Source of the DNA: a virus
IMG/VR virus record: IMGVR_UViG_3300036823_000324
Coordinates: 11,085 to 75,084 of that record
DNA: 64,000 bases
Direction: 5' to 3' (one strand)
Position 1 is the stretch's first letter. The number at the start of each line of letters is the position of its first letter. This document shows positions 9,055 to 18,336 of this stretch, in pieces. The notes under the pieces are model-generated. The model ran no database searches and had not been told where the DNA came from. It saw only the letters and a program-made list of their open reading frames with translations. A program made the position numbers and the translations under genes.

Positions 9055-9285
9055 TCAGTAACGCGCCCACCAGCGGACGGTGCGGACGGCCATGATCACC
9101 CCGAAGGACAGGGGCGCCCAGCCCCATTCCTGGCCCGCCGACAGCGCCAGCCCGCCGAGCATCAGCAGTAGCGCGGCGAGGGCGAGGAACCCGCCGGCGC
9201 CCATCTCGCTCATCCCGATCGGCTGCCGCGGCGGCCGCGTCAGCAGCGCCGCAAGGACCACGAGGGTCACGATGGCCAAGATCAT
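9055..9285 (-). CDS. small membrane protein
   Basis: 2-3 hydrophobic segments. Confidence 0.6.
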   Translation of the reverse strand: MILAIVTLVVLAALLTRPPRQPIGMSEMGAGGFLALAALLLMLGGLALSAGQEWGWAPLSFGVIMAVRTVRWWARY

Positions 9286-9443
9286 CGTCCGCTCCCTTCT
9301 CTCGCGACGGGCTGCAGCAACTGCGCGTGACCCGCCTCATATTCACCTTCGACATCGAAGCCACCGGCGATCGCCAGCAACATCAGCATCACCGCCAGCA
9401 CCGCGACTCCCAGCACGATCTCCCCACGCTTCGTGAGTGTCAT
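9282..9443 (-). CDS. small single-TM protein (53 aa, below the ORF-track cutoff)
   Basis: MTLTKRGEIVLGVAVLAVMLMLLAIAGG..., ATGA overlaps at both ends. Confidence 0.55.
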   Translation of the reverse strand: MTLTKRGEIVLGVAVLAVMLMLLAIAGGFDVEGEYEAGHAQLLQPVAREGSGR

Positions 9444-9637
9444 CTCAGGTCAATCCTTTCGACTGGACCGACGCCGATCTCATCGGCGTGGTGTTTGCAC
9501 ATCTCCGTCTTGATCCCGACCTGCAGCGTCTTACACCTACAGGTCACCTCCTGCACCGCTCCATACACGATCTTCCCCATCTGCACTTCGAGGAGGCAGA
9601 ACTCGCAGGCACGCCGCGGCCACTCCCAGGCGGGCAT
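9440..9637 (-). CDS. hypothetical Cys-rich protein
   Basis: CEFC, CRC, CKHH. Confidence 0.55.
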   Translation of the reverse strand: MPAWEWPRRACEFCLLEVQMGKIVYGAVQEVTCRCKTLQVGIKTEMCKHHADEIGVGPVERIDLR

Positions 9638-9963
9638 CAGCGGGCCTCGGTCTTAGCATGCGCCATCGCCATGCGGACCAGGCCGTCCACGTCGTAGCCG
9701 CGCTGGATCGCGATGATCAACTCGTCGGCGACGATGTCGATCATCATCGGCCGGCAGTGGTGGCGGGAGCCGACCTCCTTGCCGCAGGACTCGCAGGTGC
9801 GGCTGGCCGCCGGTGGGGTCGCTTGGTCGAAGTCGAGCAGGATCTCATTGCAGTCCGTGCACTCCACGGCGATGTTTTCCTTGCCGCCATAGGTGACGCA
9901 CTCGATGTCATGCCCGATGTGACGGAAGAGATCGTCGGTGCTGTGCGCGCCCATGTCACTCAC
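9637..9963 (-). CDS. hypothetical Zn-binding protein
   Basis: HIGHDIECVTYG...AVECTDCNE; CESCG...HHC. Confidence 0.7.
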   Translation of the reverse strand: MSDMGAHSTDDLFRHIGHDIECVTYGGKENIAVECTDCNEILLDFDQATPPAASRTCESCGKEVGSRHHCRPMMIDIVADELIIAIQRGYDVDGLVRMAMAHAKTEAR

Positions 9964-10663
9964 TCAACTGTGGGACGACGCGCCGCGCGAACGCCTCTAC
10001 AGCGGCGCGCGCCTCGCCCGAGAACTCGTAATCGGCCGTGCCCGACCAGCTATAGCGGTAGCACACCCGCCGAATTTCGTAGGACAGTTCCCGCTCGTAG
10101 CCGCTGGGGACCGTCGCCGGCGACCCGTGCTGCTCGACATCGCACTCGATCAGGATCCGGCTGTCGGGCCCACCGACGCCGAGCACGATTTCAAAGGTCA
10201 CCGTCGATTCGACCGCTAGCGGCCACCCGTCCATGACCCGTTCCGCGGCCTCGGCGAGGTCCTGGGGATCTTCGTCGAGGATGTTGCCGATCCCCAGCAG
10301 CCCCTCGATCTTCTCGCTGGAGCCGACTTCGTTGACGTCCTCCCGGTCGGTCGCCTGTGAGAGCGCCATCAGGAGGGCGATGTCGGCCGCGTCCCCGACC
10401 GCGGCCTCGGCGACGTGCAACTCCGGCACGGTCTGCGGGTTCTCCATCTCGTAGGGCGACGCGATCCGCTTCCGGTAGACGTCCAGCTGGTCTTCGGCGA
10501 TCGTCGGGCCCGCGTACCCGTGTAGTTCGCTGTCGGAGCCGAACTCCTCGCGGATGCGAGCGTCGACGCGATTCGTGATCTGGCCCGCGGCGTCGTCGTG
10601 GTTGCCGCTGTCGCCGGTAAGGGTGAACTCGGCGGTGATCCGGTGAATGCTTTGTGCTGGCAC
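9956..10663 (-). CDS. hypothetical protein
   Basis: GTG start with RBS CGAAAGGAGA; PLAVE..FEIVLGVGGP motif. Confidence 0.7.
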   Translation of the reverse strand: MPAQSIHRITAEFTLTGDSGNHDDAAGQITNRVDARIREEFGSDSELHGYAGPTIAEDQLDVYRKRIASPYEMENPQTVPELHVAEAAVGDAADIALLMALSQATDREDVNEVGSSEKIEGLLGIGNILDEDPQDLAEAAERVMDGWPLAVESTVTFEIVLGVGGPDSRILIECDVEQHGSPATVPSGYERELSYEIRRVCYRYSWSGTADYEFSGEARAAVEAFARRVVPQLSE

Positions 10664-10700
10664 GGCTTCTCCTTTCGCTTGCACTATTCGATCCTCTACC

Positions 10701-10722
10701 ACTCTACGATTACTCCTATAAC
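10701..10722 (-). promoter_or_regulatory. repeated early promoter/operator motif (copy 2)
   Basis: GTTATAGG-AGTAATC-GTAGAGT. Confidence 0.65.
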
Positions 10723-10747
10723 CAACTCCGCTGCCCGACTTCTCGGC

Positions 10748-11086
10748 TCACTTGCTCGACCTCCACATGCGCAGCACATCCCCGGTCTTGAGCTCGAGCC
10801 ACGGCTCGCCGTCGGGGTCGCGGAACGTGTGGTCCTGGGTGAGCACCTGCCGGCCGTCCCCGTAGAGCGGCACGTCGTCCCAGCCGAGGTAATAGATCGG
10901 CAGCGTGGCGAAGCTGACGACCTGTCCACGTTGGCTCGCCTCGAACCAGGTGACGCCGTCGTCGTTCACGACCTCCGTCGGCCGGGACTCCGCGCACGCA
11001 GCGGTGAGCATCCCCCAGAGGTGCCTCTCGGTCCAGCCGAGCTTGACTTCCTCCTTCTCGCGCAGGATCTGGGTGTTCAGTGGCAT
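10748..11086 (-). CDS. hypothetical protein
   Basis: MPLNTQILRE..., TAATG coupling. Confidence 0.6.
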   Translation of the reverse strand: MPLNTQILREKEEVKLGWTERHLWGMLTAACAESRPTEVVNDDGVTWFEASQRGQVVSFATLPIYYLGWDDVPLYGDGRQVLTQDHTFRDPDGEPWLELKTGDVLRMWRSSK

Positions 11087-11316
11087 TACCGGGCTCCTCT
11101 CTTCAGCCGCTCGCACTCAAGGTGGTTCGGCAGGATTTGCGTACTCGTGGTGACGCTGTGCCAGTCCAGCCCCAGCTTCACCTTCACGTCGTTATCGCCG
11201 ATCGGCTCGACGGACCAGACCTTGTCGAAACCGCCCGCGACAGGCGCGGCGCCGACAAAGGTCAGGGTGTCGCCCGGCTCGAGCCTGAAGGCGTCTACCG
11301 TCTCGACAGCCATCAC
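11086..11316 (-). CDS. hypothetical protein
   Basis: coupled ORF. Confidence 0.55.
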   Translation of the reverse strand: MMAVETVDAFRLEPGDTLTFVGAAPVAGGFDKVWSVEPIGDNDVKVKLGLDWHSVTTSTQILPNHLECERLKRGAR

Positions 11317-11627
11317 GCCACCTCGTGGGGAGTCAGCGAGGAGGACCCGAATGGCCGCTCCAAGGAGAAGCCGGTGATCTTGCCGGCCCGGACCAATGCC
11401 TCGGCCGCCGCCTCATCGCCCTCGTAGCGCTCGCATTCGTCGCAGCGCTCGATCCAACGGCGGCAGCCGTCCTCGTTGGCCGCCGTCGGGAATCGCACCC
11501 CCGGGATCGACTCGGGGTGGTCGCGGCAGCCTTCGCAGTCGTTCAGTGCCATCTCGACGCGCTGCACGATGGTCCCGTTGGCGGGGTCGTTGTAGGCAGC
11601 GATCCGGTCTATCGCGTCGGACATCAT
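11313..11627 (-). CDS. hypothetical Zn-binding protein
   Basis: CEGC...ERCDEC. Confidence 0.65.
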   Translation of the reverse strand: MMSDAIDRIAAYNDPANGTIVQRVEMALNDCEGCRDHPESIPGVRFPTAANEDGCRRWIERCDECERYEGDEAAAEALVRAGKITGFSLERPFGSSSLTPHEVA

Positions 11628-11941
11628 CGGTCCTTCCTGCAGCGCTCGGCGAAGTCCGCCAGCGCCGCGGTTTCGTCGAGGTCGTAGTGGCCCCAGAAGA
11701 GCTCAACCTCGCCCGTGTTCCGGTTGTGGCCCCAGCGGATCGTCACGTAGGGAGGGAAACCCTTGTCCAAGTCGACCTGCCGCAGCGCGGTGGCGATGCC
11801 TTCGACCTTGTGCTGGTCGGCGATCGGCGAGGTCACGGCGATCGCCGTGACCAGCCCGATGCGCTCGCGGACAGCCTGGGCGCCGGCCTCGACCGACAGC
11901 GGTCCCCGTTCGACATAGGTGCCCCCGCGGTCGGCGCTCAT
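11624..11941 (-). CDS. hypothetical protein
   Basis: MSADRGG..., FWGHYDL...ALADFAER motif. Confidence 0.65.
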   Translation of the reverse strand: MSADRGGTYVERGPLSVEAGAQAVRERIGLVTAIAVTSPIADQHKVEGIATALRQVDLDKGFPPYVTIRWGHNRNTGEVELFWGHYDLDETAALADFAERCRKDR

Positions 11942-12084
11942 CGGACCACCCCCCGACCTATAACTGCCTCTCGGCGCTCGACTTCCTGCCTCATTCGCCG
12001 GAGCGACTCCCGCTCCCGCCGGCCGGAAGCGCGGCGGGGCTTGGGCTGGTTGGTCTGGAGCCACGCGGGCTTCTTGGCGGTCAC
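11938..12084 (-). CDS. small basic hypothetical protein (48 aa)
   Basis: coupled at both ends; below the ORF-track cutoff. Confidence 0.35.
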   Translation of the reverse strand: MTAKKPAWLQTNQPKPRRASGRRERESLRRMRQEVERREAVIGRGVVR

Positions 12085-12193
12085 TAGTACCGCACCTCCC
12101 CGTACGGTTCCTCTTGTGAGTCGATGCTCATGGTGTCCTCCTGCCAGCCCGGGCGCATGGCCCGGGCCGGGTTCATGGGTGGTCGGTGGACTA

Positions 12194-12526
12194 CTAGGAG
12201 TTGACTTTGCGCGCGTCCGTTTCGCCCGCTTTGTGGGCCTTGGTCCCGGGTTTGCGCGGCTTCGCCTTCGGTTTCGCCGCCGCTTTGGCGCGCGTTTCGA
12301 TGGTCGCGAGCGCCTGTTTGCCGTACACGGCGGCGCGGTTCAGGTCGGCACCGAGGTCCTCGAGCCACTCCTTGGTGTCTTTGCGGTACTGCTTCTGCTC
12401 GCTGAACGGGACGATCACCGCGACCGCCTCGTCGATCTGGGCGTTGAAACCGTCCGCCAGGCCTTCGAGCTCAGCGACGATCTCACGGGCCTTGTCCAGC
12501 GCGCTGCTCTTGGTGCTGCTAGCCAT
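12194..12526 (-). CDS. hypothetical protein with Lys/Ala-rich tail
   Basis: strong RBS AAAGGAG; KAAAKPKAKPRKP tail; first gene after a promoter motif. Confidence 0.75.
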   Translation of the reverse strand: MASSTKSSALDKAREIVAELEGLADGFNAQIDEAVAVIVPFSEQKQYRKDTKEWLEDLGADLNRAAVYGKQALATIETRAKAAAKPKAKPRKPGTKAHKAGETDARKVNS

Positions 12527-12631
12527 ATGGCCATCTCCTTTGCGATGCCCGCGGCTGCCGGCGGGCGCGGCTTGGAGCCCCAGCGGCTCCGGATCAGAGA
12601 GAACCTCTAATCCCCTCTCCGATCCCCTACT

Positions 12632-12653
12632 ACTCTACATATACACCTATAAC
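12632..12653 (-). promoter_or_regulatory. repeated early promoter/operator motif (copy 3)
   Basis: GTTATAGG-TGTATAT-GTAGAGT. Confidence 0.65.
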
Positions 12654-12679
12654 TCTCTCCCTATTCCGACTTCTCCGCC

Positions 12680-13252
12680 TCACGCGGGCTCGAAGCCGAG
12701 GATCAGGGGGTCGTCGGTGGGCACGGCGATCGCCCGGCTGGCGATCTCGCCCTCGTGCTCGGTCTCGACCAGCTGCATCGCCTCCTGAGCGTCGCCGGCG
12801 ATCACCAGGTAGGTCGTGCCGTCCCCCAGGACCCGCCAGAGGGGCGTCACGGGGTCGGGCGGCGGCCCGTAGGTTCTAGGTTCTACGAGAGGCTTGAGGT
12901 CGGCCGGGTAACGCTGAAAGCTGAGGTCCGCCCAGTTGCGGCCGCTCGCCGTCAGGCGGGCGGTCCTCCGGGAGTTGCGGGTCCGCTGCTCGACCAGCGG
13001 GAAGGTGGCGAAGATCGTCCGGTCCTCGACCCACGGCCCGCACTCGCCGGCCAGCCAGCGGGTGCCTCCGCGGGCGGAGCTGTAGGAGACCGGCAGGCCG
13101 AGCACCTCGGCGACCTCGACGACGCGGAAGGCGTCCATCCATTCGCCGCCGTGCAGGCAGCGGAGCGCATAGACCGCGGCGGCCGGCCAGTCGTCGAACT
13201 CCAGGCCGTGGGCGAGCAGGAGGGCGTTCGTCTGGTGCTGCCGCCGCGACAT
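12680..13252 (-). CDS. hypothetical protein (possible winged helix)
   Basis: VVEVAEVLGLPVSYSSA...ARLTASGR. Confidence 0.6.
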   Translation of the reverse strand: MSRRQHQTNALLLAHGLEFDDWPAAAVYALRCLHGGEWMDAFRVVEVAEVLGLPVSYSSARGGTRWLAGECGPWVEDRTIFATFPLVEQRTRNSRRTARLTASGRNWADLSFQRYPADLKPLVEPRTYGPPPDPVTPLWRVLGDGTTYLVIAGDAQEAMQLVETEHEGEIASRAIAVPTDDPLILGFEPA

Positions 13253-13256
13253 CAGC

Positions 13257-13544
13257 TCACCGGAGGGCCTGTCCGCGCACCAGCGCGCGGCCCTTGGCCG
13301 TGGGCGTACACATGATCGGCGGGCGCCCGATCAGCGTGACGAGCCCCCGGCGCGCCAAGGCACGGGCCGACGGTTCAGGGACCGACACGCGGTAGATCGT
13401 GCGGCCACCGCGCTCGATCTTGTAGACGCCCCACTCGAAGTCGGCGAGCGTCGCCGCGGGGACGACCTGCGCGTCGAGGCCGCCGCGGCCCTCGAATCGC
13501 ACGATGTACGTCAGCGCCTCGAAGCTGATGTCGGTCAGCGCCAT
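13257..13544 (-). CDS. hypothetical protein
   Basis: ALARRGLV...TAKGRAL (wHTH wing-like). Confidence 0.55.
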   Translation of the reverse strand: MALTDISFEALTYIVRFEGRGGLDAQVVPAATLADFEWGVYKIERGGRTIYRVSVPEPSARALARRGLVTLIGRPPIMCTPTAKGRALVRGQALR

Positions 13545-13545
13545 C

Positions 13546-13809
13546 TCAGCCGGCGAGGTCGGCGCAGTCCCCGCAGAGGCGGTAGTAGCGGGGATCCGGG
13601 CCGGCGATCAGGTACCACTCGCCGTCCGAGGTGCGCCGTAACAGCACCCCCTCCGGGAGCTCGGCCTTGACGTGGCTCTGACAGCGCGGGATGAAGCGCG
13701 GGGTGAAACGAGAGTCCCCCTCCGCCTTCTCGTTCTTCCGCTCGCCGTGCTCGATCAGCTTCTGCAGCTTGCGCCAGCTGCGCGGGAGGTGGACCAGGAT
13801 CGGGTCCAT
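13546..13809 (-). CDS. hypothetical protein
   Basis: MDPILVHL..., CQSH...LCGDC. Confidence 0.5.
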   Translation of the reverse strand: MDPILVHLPRSWRKLQKLIEHGERKNEKAEGDSRFTPRFIPRCQSHVKAELPEGVLLRRTSDGEWYLIAGPDPRYYRLCGDCADLAG

Positions 13810-13961
13810 CAGTAGCCGCCGAACTGGACGCGGTACCAGCGCCAGTAGAGCTGGCCGTCCGACTCGAAGGTTTCGCGATAGCACCCGCGGAACTGCGTTA
13901 GATCCGCCAGGAGGTCGCGCTTCAGCGACTCAAGGAAAAGCTTCCTCTCGAAGGCGTCCAT
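13809..13961 (-). CDS. small hypothetical protein (50 aa)
   Basis: MDAFERKLF..., TGATG coupling on both sides. Confidence 0.45.
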   Translation of the reverse strand: MDAFERKLFLESLKRDLLADLTQFRGCYRETFESDGQLYWRWYRVQFGGY

Positions 13962-14110
13962 CAGGACCTCGGCGTGGCTTCCACGGCAGCACTGAGCTTG
14001 TCGCGGGCCATTTCCTCCTCCACCGTCTTCGCTTCACGGTCGCGCAGCAGCGCAAGCAGGGCTTCGGCCTCGTGCCTGTCGAGGAGGCCTCGCGGCCAGC
14101 AGGTCAGCAT
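13961..14110 (-). CDS. small hypothetical protein (49 aa)
   Basis: RBS AAGGAGG; abuts neighbours. Confidence 0.4.
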   Translation of the reverse strand: MLTCWPRGLLDRHEAEALLALLRDREAKTVEEEMARDKLSAAVEATPRS

Positions 14111-14296
14111 CTAGTGGTCCTCCTTCGGTTCGATCGGGGCGAAGTTCTCGGGATGCTCTCGACGCGCCCGGTAGTAGCTCTCCGGCGTCACGTAGATCGT
14201 CATGAAGTGATCGCATGGGCCTCGCAGCGCCGGGATGTGGGGCCGCATCCGGCGCTTCAGGAGCAGGCGGCCTTCGCGCCCGGCCATCCCGAACAT
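14111..14296 (-). CDS. small hypothetical protein
   Basis: coupled to the sbcC stop. Confidence 0.4.
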   Translation of the reverse strand: MFGMAGREGRLLLKRRMRPHIPALRGPCDHFMTIYVTPESYYRARREHPENFAPIEPKEDH

Positions 14297-16395
14297 CAGA
14301 CGAGTTCGACTTCGCTCGGCGAGGCGGACGAGGCTCGGCTGACCACCAGCCGCTGCGGCAGCGCGTCGACGAGCTCCACCTGGTGGCTGACCAGCAGCAC
14401 CTGGTGGGGCAGTTTGGTCAACATCTCGGCGAGCATCGCCACGCCGGCGGCGTCGAGGTCGGTCGGCTCGTCGATCAGCAGGCAGTCGAGCTCCTGGCGC
14501 TGCAGGGCGCCGGCGATGCCGAGGCGAAGGGCCAGGTGGATGCGGTATTGCTCGCCGCCGCTGTAGGTCTCGAGCGGCCGCTCCATCGTCCCGTCGTCGA
14601 CCAGGATGTCGAGGGTCTCGCTGAGGCTGCCGGACTTCGTCTGGCGCTGGGTCGCGAGCCGGATGCTCATCGAGCTGTCGAGCTGGTCGAGGACCTCGTT
14701 CGCGCCCGCCTCTATCACCCCCACGGCGTTGTCGAGGATCATCGCCGGGATCCCCTCGCGGCTGAACGCCTTCGCCAGCACCGCCAGCGCCCGGGCGTCC
14801 ACGTCGGCCGCGGCCGCGGACTTCCTGTATTCGACCGCCTTCTCCTCGAGGATCCGGACGCTGTCGCGGGCGTTGGTGCTGGCGGCGATCCGCTGTTGGA
14901 GGTCGGTTATCGCCCGCTCGAGCTCGCGCACCGTCTCGCGGCAGGAGGCAGTCGAGGGACCCACGGGGACCTCCGCCGGCAGCTCCTCGGCCTCGCCCTT
15001 CAGTCGGTCCCACTCCTCTTTCAGATCGGCGGCCGTCTCGTGGCCCTCCAGCTCGGTGATCGTGCCCTCGAGGCGATCGCGGAAGCGCTGCCGCGCCTCG
15101 AGGGCTTCGAGGTGGGCGGCGTCGAAGGGCACCGGATCGTCGACCGCGACCGCTCCCCGGGCCACCTCCTCTTCATGGGCGACGGCGGCCTCCACGGCCC
15201 TTTTCCGCTGCATAAGACCCTCCGTCGCGTCGGAGAGGTCCGTCTTGGCCGCGGTGAGCCGCGTCGCCAGGACATCGAGCGCCGCGGCGCGATGCTCGAT
15301 GTCCACCTCCTGGTTGCAGGTCGGGCACCTCGCGCCGGGTTGTTCGGCGGCGGTGATCTCGAATTTGATCCCGCTGCAGCGCTCTTCGGCCTGTTCGACC
15401 TGGCGGGCCGCGGTGCCGACCTCGCCCTGAGCGGCCTCGAGGGCTTTCTCCGCCGCCCGGTAGGCCTCGCCCTGCGCTTCGCGCCGGGCGTCTGCCGCGG
15501 CACGTGCGGCATCGACCAGTGCCTTCTTCTCGCGCTCACCGGCGACCACGTCGTCGATGCCCTCGAGGCCCGTCATGTCGTTGCGGGCCTCGAAGAGGCG
15601 TCTCTCGTTCTCTTTGGCCTGTTTCCCGCGCTCACGCACGCCGTTCATCTGGGTGATCAGCTGCCGGCGACGGTTGACCTGTTCGACGGCCTTCTCGCGC
15701 TCGATCGCGGCGTCGAGCTCCTCCTCGGCGGTCTCGTGGCTTTCCTCCCCGTGCTCGAGCTCCATCGAGAGAAGCCCGTCGTCCTCGATCAGCTCTTCCT
15801 GGGCGCCCAGCTGCTCTTCGATGCCCTCGATCCTCACCCGGGCCGAGTCTGCCCGCGAGGCGGCGTCCCTCGCGTCCTGAGAGGCGCTCTCGCGCCAGTC
15901 CTCGTACCGCTCGAGGCCCAGGAGGCCGCCGAGCAGCTGCTTCCGTTTCCCCGGCCCCATCGCGGCGAGCAGCCCCGCCTCGCCCTGGGGGGCATAGATC
16001 GAGGCGGTGAAGGCATCGCCGTCCATCCCGGTGATCATCTCCTCGATCAGGGCCTGTGACTCGGCGATCGTCCGCATCGCGATCGGCTTGAAGCCGCTCG
16101 GGCCGGTGGAGGATTCGACGACCAGCCAGCTCTTGCGGCCGCGCTCGCGGCCGCGGTTGACGCGCCAGCGGATGCCGTCCTGCTCGACTTCGAGCGTGAC
16201 CGCGCCGCGGTCGGCGCTGCGCGAGATCAACTCGTCGGCCGAGCCGCCGTAGAGGGCGAAGTCGACGGCGAGCAACAGCGAGCTCTTGCCGGCGCCGTTC
16301 GGGCCCACGATCGCCGCGCAGTCGAGCATCGCCAGGTCGAGGTCCAGCTTCTCGTGCGAACGGAAGTTCTCCAGCTGCAGGTGCGTGAGTCTCAA
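14296..16395 (-). CDS. sbcC: SbcC/Rad50-like SMC ATPase
   Basis: LENFRSH, Walker A GPNGAGKS, coiled coil, CPTC zinc hook, YSGGE signature, LLIDEP, VSH; TTG start. Confidence 0.92.
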   Translation of the reverse strand: MRLTHLQLENFRSHEKLDLDLAMLDCAAIVGPNGAGKSSLLLAVDFALYGGSADELISRSADRGAVTLEVEQDGIRWRVNRGRERGRKSWLVVESSTGPSGFKPIAMRTIAESQALIEEMITGMDGDAFTASIYAPQGEAGLLAAMGPGKRKQLLGGLLGLERYEDWRESASQDARDAASRADSARVRIEGIEEQLGAQEELIEDDGLLSMELEHGEESHETAEEELDAAIEREKAVEQVNRRRQLITQMNGVRERGKQAKENERRLFEARNDMTGLEGIDDVVAGEREKKALVDAARAAADARREAQGEAYRAAEKALEAAQGEVGTAARQVEQAEERCSGIKFEITAAEQPGARCPTCNQEVDIEHRAAALDVLATRLTAAKTDLSDATEGLMQRKRAVEAAVAHEEEVARGAVAVDDPVPFDAAHLEALEARQRFRDRLEGTITELEGHETAADLKEEWDRLKGEAEELPAEVPVGPSTASCRETVRELERAITDLQQRIAASTNARDSVRILEEKAVEYRKSAAAADVDARALAVLAKAFSREGIPAMILDNAVGVIEAGANEVLDQLDSSMSIRLATQRQTKSGSLSETLDILVDDGTMERPLETYSGGEQYRIHLALRLGIAGALQRQELDCLLIDEPTDLDAAGVAMLAEMLTKLPHQVLLVSHQVELVDALPQRLVVSRASSASPSEVELV

Positions 16396-16667
16396 ACGTT
16401 GCTCCTCTCGTGATAGTCGAACTGCTCGTATCCGCACTGGATCAGCGCTTTGCGCAGGCGATCGCCGGGGCCGCCCGGGTACCAGCCCATGTGATTGCCC
16501 CACTGCTCGAGCGACCAGCGCCGGACCTGCGCGCCGTGCTTCTGCTCGAGGCTCTCGATCTCGGCGAGCATCCAGCAGGAGGGTTCGCCGGTCGACCACA
16601 TCTGGCCGATCCAGCGCAGGACGGCCCGGGCGCGGGTCGGCTGGCCGCCGTAGGTGATGTAGCTCAC
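16392..16667 (-). CDS. hypothetical protein
   Basis: coupled ORF. Confidence 0.55.
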   Translation of the reverse strand: MSYITYGGQPTRARAVLRWIGQMWSTGEPSCWMLAEIESLEQKHGAQVRRWSLEQWGNHMGWYPGGPGDRLRKALIQCGYEQFDYHERSNV

Positions 16668-16879
16668 GGCTTCCGCCCGATGTGTTCGGAGCGGGCGATC
16701 GCCGCCCGGAAAGGCGCGGTGGGGCCTTTCAGACCCTCGAGGCGCTTCGCGGCGGCGGCGCGGGTGAAGAGCGCCGCGGCCTCGGCATGCACGGTCCAGA
16801 ACGGCTCATGGTCGAGCGTCCCGGCGTAGTAGCGGTCGTGGCTGTCGAGGATCAGGTAGTTGGGGATCTGCCCTGCCAT
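16664..16879 (-). CDS. hypothetical protein
   Basis: coupled ORF with RBS GGAGA. Confidence 0.55.
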   Translation of the reverse strand: MAGQIPNYLILDSHDRYYAGTLDHEPFWTVHAEAAALFTRAAAAKRLEGLKGPTAPFRAAIARSEHIGRKP

Positions 16880-17425
16880 TCAGTTCTCCTCGGTCCAGTA
16901 GTTCTCGAGCACGACGTCGTCGGGCACACGGTGTTTGCCGCGGGCGAGCGGGTGCTTCGGGTCACCCGCGCCGGTGAGCCCGAGGGCCATCGGCTGCTCG
17001 CGGGCGGCCAGGATCTCGATCACGGCCCGGACCCGCTCCGCATGACCGGTGAGCCGTCTCGGCGCCGCGCCGCCCCAGGCGACCACGATCTCGTCGGCTT
17101 CTTCGGCCATCGACCGCAGCCATTCGTCGTTGTCGGGCCCGACCGGGTCGGTGAATTCGAGCAGCGATTTCGGATCCGTGGCGCGGCGGGCGTAGAGGTT
17201 GCCGACCGCGAGGCGCTCGAAGCCCCACCTCTTGGCGAACTTCATGCAGCGGGTGATCGTCGGGTCGTTCTTGTTCGCGTCGGCGGTCGAGGGGTTCAGC
17301 ATCACGAACAGGCAGGTGCCGATCGCCCGGCTCCATCCGTCGCCCCCGCCGAGCTCCGGCGGAATGTCCCGCCAGAGCCCGTAGCGATAGATGCCGTCGG
17401 GGCTGATGACCGCGCCGGCGCCCAT
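16880..17425 (-). CDS. DUF1643 family protein
   Basis: YRYGLWR, FVMLNPSTAD..DPTITRC, NLYARRATDP, VVAWG, PKHPL. Confidence 0.9.
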   Translation of the reverse strand: MGAGAVISPDGIYRYGLWRDIPPELGGGDGWSRAIGTCLFVMLNPSTADANKNDPTITRCMKFAKRWGFERLAVGNLYARRATDPKSLLEFTDPVGPDNDEWLRSMAEEADEIVVAWGGAAPRRLTGHAERVRAVIEILAAREQPMALGLTGAGDPKHPLARGKHRVPDDVVLENYWTEEN

Positions 17426-18336
17426 CAGTGGGCGCCGTCCGTCAGCGCCAGCTGCTCCTCGGGTACCAAGGGCGATCGCGCCGCGCCGGCCAGGCGCTCA
17501 CGACACTCGGGCAGATGCGCGCCCTGCAGCTCCATCCCCAGGAAGCCGCGTCCGAGCTGCAGGGCGGCGACGCCGGTGGTGCCGCTGCCGGCGAACGGGT
17601 CGAGGACCACGGTCCCCTCCGGGGCGGCAAGGGCGACCAGGTGACGGCCGAGCCGCAACGGCATGACCGCCGAGTGCCGGATGCCGGCCTCGCCGCCGAC
17701 CGGGCAGTCGAAGACCGAGCTCGGCCGCGCGCCGTCGGGGTGGAGGTTGTAGTCACGCTTGCCGCCCTCGTGGCTGCGTGGGCGGCGCGCCCGTGACAGC
17801 GTCGAGGGCTTGTGCGGCGTCCGGGTCCAGCGGTCATAGCCGCGGTAGGCGTCGATCGAGCGCGCCAGCCAGAAGACCCACTCGTGGCTCTGGCGGAGGT
17901 AGCCGGGGAAGCTCGGCGTGTTGCCGTTCGGCTTCGTCCACACCATCCTCTGCAGCAGCCTGAAGCCGAGCTCCCGGGCGCCGGCGAGTATGTGGTCGGC
18001 GTAGGCCGACTCCTCACCGTCCCGCACGACCACGCCGAGATTCAGCATCAGCGCACCGTCCTCGGTCAGGACGTCGAACATCGGCGGCAGGTAGGTCTCC
18101 ACGAACTCGCGCGCGAAGCGCATCGGAAACTCGCTCCGCGTCTTGCGGCTCTGGTTCTTGACGCCCGGCCTGACGCCGTTGCGGTTCGCGCGCTCGGTCG
18201 AGCGCGCCTCACTGCCGCCCTCGTAGTTCCGCTGGTCCGCATACGGCGGCGAGGTGATGATCGTCTGCACCGAGGACCTCGGCAACTCGCGCATCAGCTC
18301 CCGGCAGTCGCCCTCCCGGACCTCCCAGCCGCTCAC
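17425..18336 (-). CDS. DNA N4-C/N6-A methyltransferase (beta class)
   Basis: GDCRELM, ITSPPY (motif IV) precedes VVLDPFAGSGTTG (motif I). Confidence 0.92.
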   Translation of the reverse strand: MSGWEVREGDCRELMRELPRSSVQTIITSPPYADQRNYEGGSEARSTERANRNGVRPGVKNQSRKTRSEFPMRFAREFVETYLPPMFDVLTEDGALMLNLGVVVRDGEESAYADHILAGARELGFRLLQRMVWTKPNGNTPSFPGYLRQSHEWVFWLARSIDAYRGYDRWTRTPHKPSTLSRARRPRSHEGGKRDYNLHPDGARPSSVFDCPVGGEAGIRHSAVMPLRLGRHLVALAAPEGTVVLDPFAGSGTTGVAALQLGRGFLGMELQGAHLPECRERLAGAARSPLVPEEQLALTDGAH

